Shown here one piece after another: positions 54,101-63,300 of a stretch of 64,000 bases of DNA. The stretch comes from Diplonema japonicum (Eukaryota; Protista; Euglenozoa: Diplonemea). Location: the NCBI GenBank assembly GCA_964019335.1, contig OZ025710.1, forward strand, positions 310,001 to 374,000. The letters run 5' to 3'. The notes below the pieces were generated by a model. It was not told where the DNA came from and did not search any database. It worked only from the letters and a program-made list of their open reading frames with translations. Numbering within the stretch: position 1 is the stretch's first letter; every line of letters starts with the position of its first letter. The position numbers and the translations under genes are program-made.

Positions 54101-57100
54101 ATGAACTTTGCCATACCAGATCTTCCTACTCCACTAGCACCTCTGAGGATACCACCGGTGACAAGGGCGTGCAGCATCGAGAGAAGCGAGAAACAAGGAC
54201 TGAAGTTGAAAGTTTTAAAGGAAACCGCCAACTTCCTACGCGACCACGCAGAGCCTCGAAAGCTGATTGTGGACCCGGTGCGGACCTGGAAGGACTGGAG
54301 CACAGGCGTAGCCATCCCAAAGAGATGGAGAGACCCCCTGACAACAAAAACAACCGGCCGGGAGAAAGCAGTGATAAACATAAACAGAAACAGCAGCCAA
54401 ATAACGTTTTCAGGAGGCATATTAGAACCAACACTTTTACTCCACTTTGAAGAGATGTGCCGATGGCACACATCAACAAATATCGGGGAGGAAATATCGG
54501 TATCGTTCGCACAATGCACCATTCCACCGGAGCTCTCTCGTGAGCTCACGTTCATCGTGGATAAGTACAAAGACGTGTTGCTCCACGTAACGGTCCCCCA
54601 TGACGGGGCACAGCAACATCTACAAGAAGAGATCAACGGAATCTTCACGAGAAAGCGGGCACGGATAGACCAAGAGGACCGCTTGAAAACTGAGACCGCA
54701 AAATTCAAGTCGGAACTCCGAACCTACAAAAGGTTCGTGGTCGGGTCACAAGCGCAGCGGAAGGACACAGTTTCCGAGGAAGCCCTCTCCCGCACGAGCA
54801 TCACGAGAGCCTATGAAAAGGGTTTCAAAGCCATCGCAAAGGCCGCACGGCTGGACTACAATAAGACCTACGAAGAAGTGGCTCACGCCAATGCCGAACG
54901 ATTCCTAACCTCTTGCCTCTCGGATCTCTGCGTTCAGGAGGCACGGGAAAGGTTCAGAAGGTTTGTCAATAAACACCAGACGCTATGTCTCTCATGGTGC
55001 TTGGAGTCCGAGCTGATATGCAGAATCATGCTTCGCAACACAGAGAAGACCGACCGTGAGGCCTTCGTCAGGAAATGCAACAGAAGCTGGGGGGACTCAA
55101 GGATCACGGAAATCGCAAGAAACCGAAGCGAGGCCGCAGAACGGGCTTCCTTCTGGGAGGGCTTTATGCAATTCCACGTGGGCTTGCAAGAGGAAGAAAA
55201 GAATGAACGGCACGTCATCTCCGATGAGTTCGACAGCGACGCAGCACGCATTTCTGCACTGGAAGCGGAAAGACTCGTCGTTGCCGAAGAAGAACAGCTC
55301 GGCAGGGAACTCATTGAGTTCAACGGGCAGAAAACATATTATTTCAAAGAGATCTTCGACGGTATTCAAGCACGGCTTGTCTTTGAGCGTAGAATCAAGC
55401 AAGAACTGTTCATCAAACGGGAACAGGCCACACGAACGAAACAAAAGGCTGCTGCCGCAGCTCAATGGATGCAGTTTGCATCCATTTCCACGTTTCTTAT
55501 CGCGATGCACCAACGGTTCTCGCATCTCCGCGAGCTTGGCGTGCTCAGGGAAAAAATGCTCAGTGAACTTCCCGTGCTTACCTTCGAGGTTCCATACAGC
55601 ACCGACCTCCCTGTTCACTATCTTAGCCACAACGTTGCCCCCTTTCCCACCCGCATCTGCGACACAGGGTTCTTCTGCATCAGACCCGAGCTGTCTTATC
55701 TTGAACAGCTTCACACGTCCATTGCAGCACATGAGGACGTGCTTGAATCGCTTCTTGTAGACATCCCCCCGCTGCCTGGCCACGGGTACACCGAGGTATA
55801 CGAAGCTCTCTGTGAACGCGTCGCAGCGTATGAGAGAGCCCCCCCACTGCAGTGGTATCTAACGCAAAAGACCCTAGTCTCGAAATGGACTTTTGAAATC
55901 TCGATTGACAAGATGTCGCGTGGGGAATGCTTGACATCCGACAACGGGGCGGGCTTAACAGAACAAGATGGGGTGTGGAGATGGAAGAGCACGGAATCCA
56001 CGCTCGGGGTGCAGTATTTGACAGACGCTTGCCGTCAGGTGTCGTTCACCTCACACGGCAGTGAGGGTGTTGAGGATGCGGTAGAAGGCGAGCCTCTTCG
56101 CTTCTTTTCTCTTTCGGCAACGGTTTGTCTATCTGGTGTCCCTGGTACCCCTGAGACCTCTGTCGAGTCCCGAGTCAAGATCGAGGTACGTCCTCCGAAA
56201 ATATCCCTGAACCCTCATGCTCCCGAGCTCTTCACCGACTACACATCGGAGACCACAGACATCCTGAAAAACCTGGTTTTTAAAGGCACCGAGCTGCCCA
56301 GAAAAACTGTTTTACGAGTCTTCCTCGACAAGCATGTGGAGTTTCTAACGCAAAACGCCCGCGAGAAAATCAGGTTCGTCACCGGACGTGACGTGGCCAT
56401 TACAGAAGAGAACGAAATAATCTACAGGAGCACGCGGGTTGGCTCGCTTGAACTCAGGGAAACGGGGCTTGAGATGACTGTAAACCCCTCCACGGCAGTC
56501 GACGTACTGAACAGGCTGGCACGGTGTGTTAAATACTGCATACCCCAGGGAGGGAAACCCATCATAGGGGAGAGGAAAACGATGGTGGAATACGACGACG
56601 GCGCAGGGGTCTCCCGTATTAGAGTTGGAATGACCGTTAGACACGTCGACCAGCCGACCACCGTCACACTGCCGGTGGCGAAGGTGTTGTACCACCAAGC
56701 GATGACAAGGACGTTGTCGGATATTCTGCAGCAAGCCCCGGCAGGGGGCTGCACAGTGCACGTCTTTCCCAAGGCCTCTGTGACCGACCCCGACACAGAG
56801 TACTTTTCAGGAGGGCATATGACAGTTACGCTTTCCGGTGTTACGGGACGCTATGATTCGCTGGTTTTAAACAGTGACAGGAATGCAGTGGTCTTCGACC
56901 ATGCAGCCAAAAAGATCTACCAAGGCTCACAAGAGGTGGGCACCTTCCGCTTTGAGGGGCACCACGTCGACGGCGCAGTTGTCGAATTGCTAAAAAACGC
57001 TGTTAAAAAAGCAAAGCTGACAACGTTCCTGTCGCAAGCCCCGGAGCCCCCCCGAAGGCGTGTCGAGAGCCTCGACCCGCTGGCACCTCCGCCCGACTCG

Positions 57101-59182
57101 GAATTCCCTTCGTGGAAGAAAAAAGTCAGAAGGATATTCTGCATGATCTCGGCTGTCTCCCACCTTGTCCGGGGTAGCTTCACCAAGAAGGTCGCACGGA
57201 AAGTGACCATATTCTTCTCAGAGAAGACTCCCCTTTCGGTGGTGGCAATGATCCTCAACGCGTTCAAATACGGGGTTTTGATAGGCCCAGAGCGAGTGGG
57301 GATACGCAACATTTCAGTCTCTCTCCAACTAGGGCAGTCCATCATGTCGAAGCTCACCGATGACGGGCTGCACGACGTTCTGTCTGAAGAAACAACACCC
57401 GTGTTTTTAAAGCAGACGCAGGTGAAGGTCACAGGCCCGTTGATATCTGTAATTGGGAAGTATGCTCTGCGATACAAGGAGGGCTCCGGTGCTGTTCGCC
57501 TTGCGGGGTTTGACATCCACCCTGATCTTGATTCGATTCCTTTACCTAGCTTCACCTTTGTTTTCAAGCTCTTTACCTCCGACGAAGAGGACAGTTTATG
57601 TCTTGCAGCCAAGGACAGCGTCGTGCGGCATCACCCAATTGAGGATCACAACGATGGTGAAGGAAGTACGCTGCCTTCTGCTGAGCGAAGCTTAACACGC
57701 GCTCCAGACAGTCCGGTGAGCCCTGGGAAAACCTCGACGAAGCTGAACAAACTGAGAACAAAACTACACGAAAAGATCACGCAAAAACTGGACGGAAACC
57801 TGGCAGGCGTTCTGGGCACGCACGTGAAGAACGAAAAGGTGAGAACCGGAAACAAGACGAAAGACCACGCGATTCTGGTGGACGGTAAACAAATCGGCGT
57901 GGCGCAGTATGTTGGGAACAACAACATGCACACCTTTGTCTTGTCGCTGCAAAGCGGGGTGAAGAGAAAGTGTTTGATAAGCGTCCTCAGAGCAGTGTGC
58001 TTCGAAAATTCCTCATCATGCCCAGCAAGCGACAAGCGACGCGTGTTGATTTCCGCCTCTTTGAAAGGAAACCACGTGGCATCTCTCGGCATGACCGTCT
58101 CTGTCTTGGAAGTGGACGACGTGACTGTGATAAACATGGAAGCACCGAATCTCGCCTACCGAGCAGTTCACAATGAGGCTTCACAACCTTTCATGATCGC
58201 ACCGTTGTATTCTACAACGATCTCAGACCCCGACACGCAGTTCTTCGACCATGGCCAGTTGGTCATTGAGAACATCTCAGGTGGTCACAAGGGCGACACG
58301 CTCACGTTGCTCTCCAAACAGCAGCAGGTTGACATGATCGCACGAACGAAGCCGAACACGTTGTCTATCTTTTCCAAACATTTCATCAGCGACCCATCAG
58401 CATGTCTCTTCGAGGTGAGGGAGGGCAAGTACCTCCATCTCTGCGGTGAAAACGCTACACAGATAGCCCAGCTGTTCAACCCGAAAAGCAAAAACTCTCT
58501 TGCCGGCCGCAGCCTTTGCATAAACTTCGACTCCTGTCGATCAAACAACGGTACAGAAAAATTCGTAACCATTGATATATTGATGTTCATTCTGAACTGT
58601 GTTTGCTATTCCAATTCGGAGTACACCACTATCGGGGGAAAGGCTATCATATCCAACTTTCAAATCCGGGTTTCAGATGGGTTCAACTCTTTAGAGGGGA
58701 AAAAACGCTTTACTCTAAAGCTTCTCGCACCTTTAATAGGTCTTCCCGGTTTCCACAGCACAGCGACCATTCAAAGCCCTATACAGTATGTGAGGCTTTA
58801 TCCCGTTCTTACTCTGAACGTAAGCCCGAACCACTCCTTCACCAAAGGGTTCGTGTCCGTCAGGTTGGATACGTCGTTCGCCTCATCGTCTCCTTCGCTT
58901 CTCTTGTCGCTCGACATTTCTCAGTTGGGGCTGAAACTTGTCAACAATGGGCTGTATGTTTCCGCGGTCTTGGTCTGCTTCGTGGAGGCGTTCTCTCCGC
59001 ATTGCATCCGGTTGGAGTTCACTCAAGGATGTAAGTGCTCTGCCAAACAGCTGCTTTCCCTTTTGCGTGCCATTGAGGTACGCAGCGATATGGGCACCCC
59101 GGGCACGGCTCAGGCTGTCCTCACCACATGCGAGGGTGACGATCGTGTCCTCAGCTGCACCACCAAAATAGTGGTTGGTTGA
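54101..59182 (+). CDS. Large intronless hypothetical protein, 1693 aa: coiled coil followed by repeated cadherin-like beta domains
   Basis: 5-kb open frame; internal repeat VD..T...L.Y..TDPDTEYFSGGHMTV / VDD.T...L.Y..SDPDTQFFDHGQLVI; no signal peptide. Confidence 0.75.
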   Translation: MNFAIPDLPTPLAPLRIPPVTRACSIERSEKQGLKLKVLKETANFLRDHAEPRKLIVDPVRTWKDWSTGVAIPKRWRDPLTTKTTGREKAVININRNSSQITFSGGILEPTLLLHFEEMCRWHTSTNIGEEISVSFAQCTIPPELSRELTFIVDKYKDVLLHVTVPHDGAQQHLQEEINGIFTRKRARIDQEDRLKTETAKFKSELRTYKRFVVGSQAQRKDTVSEEALSRTSITRAYEKGFKAIAKAARLDYNKTYEEVAHANAERFLTSCLSDLCVQEARERFRRFVNKHQTLCLSWCLESELICRIMLRNTEKTDREAFVRKCNRSWGDSRITEIARNRSEAAERASFWEGFMQFHVGLQEEEKNERHVISDEFDSDAARISALEAERLVVAEEEQLGRELIEFNGQKTYYFKEIFDGIQARLVFERRIKQELFIKREQATRTKQKAAAAAQWMQFASISTFLIAMHQRFSHLRELGVLREKMLSELPVLTFEVPYSTDLPVHYLSHNVAPFPTRICDTGFFCIRPELSYLEQLHTSIAAHEDVLESLLVDIPPLPGHGYTEVYEALCERVAAYERAPPLQWYLTQKTLVSKWTFEISIDKMSRGECLTSDNGAGLTEQDGVWRWKSTESTLGVQYLTDACRQVSFTSHGSEGVEDAVEGEPLRFFSLSATVCLSGVPGTPETSVESRVKIEVRPPKISLNPHAPELFTDYTSETTDILKNLVFKGTELPRKTVLRVFLDKHVEFLTQNAREKIRFVTGRDVAITEENEIIYRSTRVGSLELRETGLEMTVNPSTAVDVLNRLARCVKYCIPQGGKPIIGERKTMVEYDDGAGVSRIRVGMTVRHVDQPTTVTLPVAKVLYHQAMTRTLSDILQQAPAGGCTVHVFPKASVTDPDTEYFSGGHMTVTLSGVTGRYDSLVLNSDRNAVVFDHAAKKIYQGSQEVGTFRFEGHHVDGAVVELLKNAVKKAKLTTFLSQAPEPPRRRVESLDPLAPPPDSEFPSWKKKVRRIFCMISAVSHLVRGSFTKKVARKVTIFFSEKTPLSVVAMILNAFKYGVLIGPERVGIRNISVSLQLGQSIMSKLTDDGLHDVLSEETTPVFLKQTQVKVTGPLISVIGKYALRYKEGSGAVRLAGFDIHPDLDSIPLPSFTFVFKLFTSDEEDSLCLAAKDSVVRHHPIEDHNDGEGSTLPSAERSLTRAPDSPVSPGKTSTKLNKLRTKLHEKITQKLDGNLAGVLGTHVKNEKVRTGNKTKDHAILVDGKQIGVAQYVGNNNMHTFVLSLQSGVKRKCLISVLRAVCFENSSSCPASDKRRVLISASLKGNHVASLGMTVSVLEVDDVTVINMEAPNLAYRAVHNEASQPFMIAPLYSTTISDPDTQFFDHGQLVIENISGGHKGDTLTLLSKQQQVDMIARTKPNTLSIFSKHFISDPSACLFEVREGKYLHLCGENATQIAQLFNPKSKNSLAGRSLCINFDSCRSNNGTEKFVTIDILMFILNCVCYSNSEYTTIGGKAIISNFQIRVSDGFNSLEGKKRFTLKLLAPLIGLPGFHSTATIQSPIQYVRLYPVLTLNVSPNHSFTKGFVSVRLDTSFASSSPSLLLSLDISQLGLKLVNNGLYVSAVLVCFVEAFSPHCIRLEFTQGCKCSAKQLLSLLRAIEVRSDMGTPGTAQAVLTTCEGDDRVLSCTTKIVVG

Positions 59183-59204
59183 TTCTTTTTTCGTCTTTTT
59201 TTTT

Positions 59205-59690
59205 ACGCGGAGTCGCTGTTGAAATGGATGTCGGAGCTAAGATGGGTTAAAGAAGACACGACGTCGGAGGTGACGGCGGTGGAGTTAGCCCTAGACTTCG
59301 AAGCGACGACACGAAGATCGCTGGGAATGACGCAGGATGAAAAGGCGCGAAGGATCAAGAAACTGATCCAAAAGGTGAACGACAGGTGCGCATTACAAGG
59401 AAGGAAAATGCCTTTCCCGGCGAAGAACAAAACGAGAGTGAAGTCCCTCATGGCAATAGGAGGGAAGGCGGCGATAGGCTTTGCAAGGAGACCGATCTTC
59501 GCCTCACGAGAAACCCAGGACAGGCTAAGAGAGCTGAAGACCAACCTGAAGAAGGACCGCATCAACCGTCTGCGAAAGACACTGGTATCCGCCATCGGAA
59601 CGAAAGCGAGGCTCCAAAAAGGAAGCATCAAGAGATAGACCCCCACCCCCCCTAAGGGTGGTCCTCGAGTGGGATTTGCCCTTAAACATC
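59205..59690 (+). mobile_element. Probable 5'-truncated non-LTR retroelement 3' end, copy 1 (alternatively a small basic protein from ATG 59228)
   Basis: Frame starts abruptly after a T-tract and contains W..ELRW..VTAVELALDFE, which I associate with C-termini of protist LINE ORFs. The C-rich 3' tail is shared with copy 2. Confidence 0.45.
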
Positions 59691-59703
59691 GCCTTTTTTT
59701 TAA

Positions 59704-60065
59704 ATAGGGCACGCAGAATCAAGGCCCTAATCGTAAAGATAAACGCAGCGTGCAGGGCACGGAAGAAGCGACGCCCCTTCCCAGCAGACGAGCAGAAAAG
59801 GGTGAAGTCCCTCATCGCCATTGGAGGTAAGGCAGCTATAGGCTTCTCCAGGAGGCCCATTTTTGCTACCCAGTCCACGCACGACAAGCTGATGGATTTG
59901 AAGGCCGCCTACAAGCGGGATCGCATCACTCGACTTCGCAAGACGCTCACAGCCACGATCGGGATGAAAGCAATGCTCCAGAAGGGGAGTATTAACAGAT
60001 AGACCCCCCCCCCCCCCCCCCCCCTCCCATAGGGCGGCCCTCTAGCGGGGGGCTTGTCCTGTACT
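59704..60065 (+). mobile_element. Probable 5'-truncated non-LTR retroelement 3' end, copy 2
   Basis: 61/97 aa identical and colinear with copy 1; no upstream ATG; same AGATAGACCCCC..AGGGYGGYCCTC tail. Confidence 0.45.
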
Positions 60066-60330
60066 TTGAGTTTTTATCCTCCTGTTTTCACAGGGGGGCT
60101 TTTTTTTTGAAACATAAACGTGTTTAGTTCTGGATGGTTTTTCTTTTTTTTTTCTCCATTTTCAGTATTTTTTTCTTCCGTTCTATCATCCCCCTTCCCC
60201 AAACATTCATTACATATCACAGGACACACAAAAAGAGAGACACAAAGAAGAAAAAAAAAAAAAGAAGCAAGAGCAAAAGCTCTACCGGGAGTAGGGTTTG
60301 CTTGCGCTTTCCAAGAAGGAAAGACAAAAG

Positions 60331-63300
60331 ATGCATCGACCTGTGATGCTGGTGTCGCTGGCAGCGTCGTGCCTCGGCACCGTGTACGACCAAGGGGTGC
60401 CGATGACACCCTTCCCCGATGTGAAGTGCTCGGACATCACGTTCACGCCCGGCGCGGGGTGCAGTTGCACCACGACCATCAGCGGCTCCGTGGTGGACGT
60501 GGAGGACGGGTTCGACCCTGCCACAGACACGCTGACGTGTGGAGCGTGCGCGAGTCTGGGCATCACACCGAACTTCGACAGGACAACGGGGATCCTGCAG
60601 ATGTCTGGCGACGCCACCATCGACCAGTACGCGCAGGCGATCGCGAGCGTGACCTTTACGTCGACGTCGGGAGCTGGAACCTCCCGCCGCCTGACCTACA
60701 ACTTCGGTCACGCCATGTACTCCACGCACACGGGGAACTTCTACGAGTACTACCCGAAGAACAACGTGAACTGCAACACGGTGGGGAACTGTCACTGGGA
60801 CGACGCGCAGTCGGAGTGCGCGGACAAGTCGAAGGACATCCTCGGCCTTGCAGGCTACCTCATCACCATCACCTCGCAGGACGAGCAGGACGTTGCCTCT
60901 GCTAAGCTGCACGGCGAGGGTTGGATCGGAAGTGCCGACATCGCGAAGGAGGGGGAGTGGCGCTGGCTCACGGGACCGGAGGGGTGCCCCCCCTACAACC
61001 TGCAGCTCACGGGGGCTGCGAGGACCGCCTGCGACGTCGGGTACCCTCTCCCGGAGTTGAAGGACGCGTGCTCGGGGCCCGACTGCGGGCAGGGTATGCT
61101 GATCGGGTCCGGGAAGGGGTCCAGCTTCCGGACCGCGTCGGGGGCCTACGCCAACTGGGCCACCGCTGAACCGAACGAGTACTCGAAGGACTGTCCGGGG
61201 ACCTGCGCCACCACCGGCGAGGACTACGGGCACTACTACGGGAGCGGGAAGTGGAACGACTACCCGAACGGACACACCCGGATCGAGGGCTACGTGTGTG
61301 AGTGGGGCGGTGTGGGGAACCTCTGCATGAGCAAGGACGACGTGTACGGGTCGCAGATCGTGACGGCAGGGTGCAGCTCGTACACGAACCAGGGGGTGTG
61401 CGAGGCGCGCCTCCCCGCCGGCTCGTGCAAGTGGGACCGGACGCAGAACCCCGCGAAGTGCGTGGAGGCCGGGTGCCGCCGCTACGACTCGATGACGACC
61501 TGCGAGGGGGACCTCATGTGCGACTGGGACACGACGAAGAGCCCGCCCGAGTGCGTGGACAACTACTGCGCGGTGACGCACGCCGCGGCGGCGAGCTGCA
61601 ACGCCGACAAGACCGCCGACGGACCGTGCTACTGGAAGGGGAACACGTGCCAGCCGCTGGTGTGCACGGACGTGACGGACAAGTGCAGCTGCCTGCAGGC
61701 CTCTCCGCAGTGCGCGTGGGTCGGGGGAACGTGCGTGAACCCGGCGCTCACGAGCAACCCGCTGTGCGGGGGCAAGGCCACGGACTCGGCGTGCATGGCG
61801 GACGCGAACTGCGTGTGGGACATGTCGAGGACGCCGCTGTGCCAGATTTCAGAGTGCTACCCGCTGTGCACGCAGCAGACCTGCAGCGCGAAGAGCGGGT
61901 GCACGTGGGACGGGACGGACTGCAAGCGCGAGCAGCCCGGGTGCGCGAAGCACGCGGACGCGGCGTCCTGCAAGCAGGACGACAAGTGTCTGTGGGACGT
62001 GATGTGGGCGACGGCGAACACCTGCGTTGACAACCCGTGCCGCACGATCACAGACCAGCAGGCGTGCACGGCGGTGGCGATGGAGATGCCTTCCCCGTGC
62101 ACGGCACCAAGGGGGAACCCGGACTACTGCTTCCTGAACGTGTGCGAGTACGACGCGAACAAGGCCCCGAGCTGCAACCCGAAGAAGTGCCTGCACACGG
62201 CGGAGGGGGAGTGCAACGCGGAGGACGGGTGCCAGTGGGTGCCGCTCGCCACGCCGGCGCCAACGGGCCCGCCGTCGACCCTCGTGGAGTACTGCGCGGA
62301 GGAGAAGTGCAAGTACACGAACACGCAGCAGTGCAACAACGACCCGTACTGCAAGTGGGACGACCAGAGGTCGACCTGCGTGGAGGCGAAGTGCCCGAAG
62401 CACCCGGATGAGCTGACCTGCGACCAGGACAAGGTGTGCCACTGGGACTCGTCCTCGAGCCCGCCGATCTGCGGGCCCACCGTGTGCGGGGTGCACACGA
62501 CGCAGGGGGCGTGCACGGCGAACAGCGGCTGCATGTGGGAGGACAGCTCGAACCCCGCATACTGCACCGCCGCGTCTTGTGAGAGGTACAACGTCCCGAA
62601 CCCGAACGACAAGTGCGGGTGCGTGGCGGACCCCGATTGCTCGTGGGTGGCGGACACAACCGGATCGGGGAACTCGCACTGCGCGAAGACCTCCTTCTCC
62701 ACCTGCCCCGACATGGACGTTGCCTTCGTGGTCGACGGGTCGGGCTCCATGTCGAGGTCCTTCGGGAACCACCCACACGGCTTCTACGGGCTGATGGAGA
62801 CTCTGAGGGACTGGGTGAGGACGCTCCCCCTCACGGGAGAGGACCACACGGTGGGAGGAAACTCGAACGTGAAGGGGGGCGGTTTCCGTCTCACCTTCAT
62901 CCAGTTCTCGAGGGCTGAGGCGACGCCCGCGATGGACCACCCCACAAACTGCGCGGTGGGCCAGTGCACGGACGGTCTCTTCTCTGGTAACATCAACGAG
63001 CTGATGGGGGACATCGACTGGCACGAGGCGAACTACCAGGGGCAATGGACCTACCTCCACGACGCCCTTCTGGACGTGGCGGACCACGCCTTCCTCCCCA
63101 CTCAGTCCCCCCCGCACAGGAAACACGTGGTGATCATCATCGCCGACGGTGGGCTCACCGACTACGACGGCGACGCCTGCAGCGCCGGGACGTCGTGCGG
63201 GCAGTGCCCCCGCGGCTGTGACGCCAACTGGAAGCCCACCTACCCCGGGATGCTGGACGACGCGCAGCAGAAGCTCCGCGACGAGGACGTGATCGTGTTC

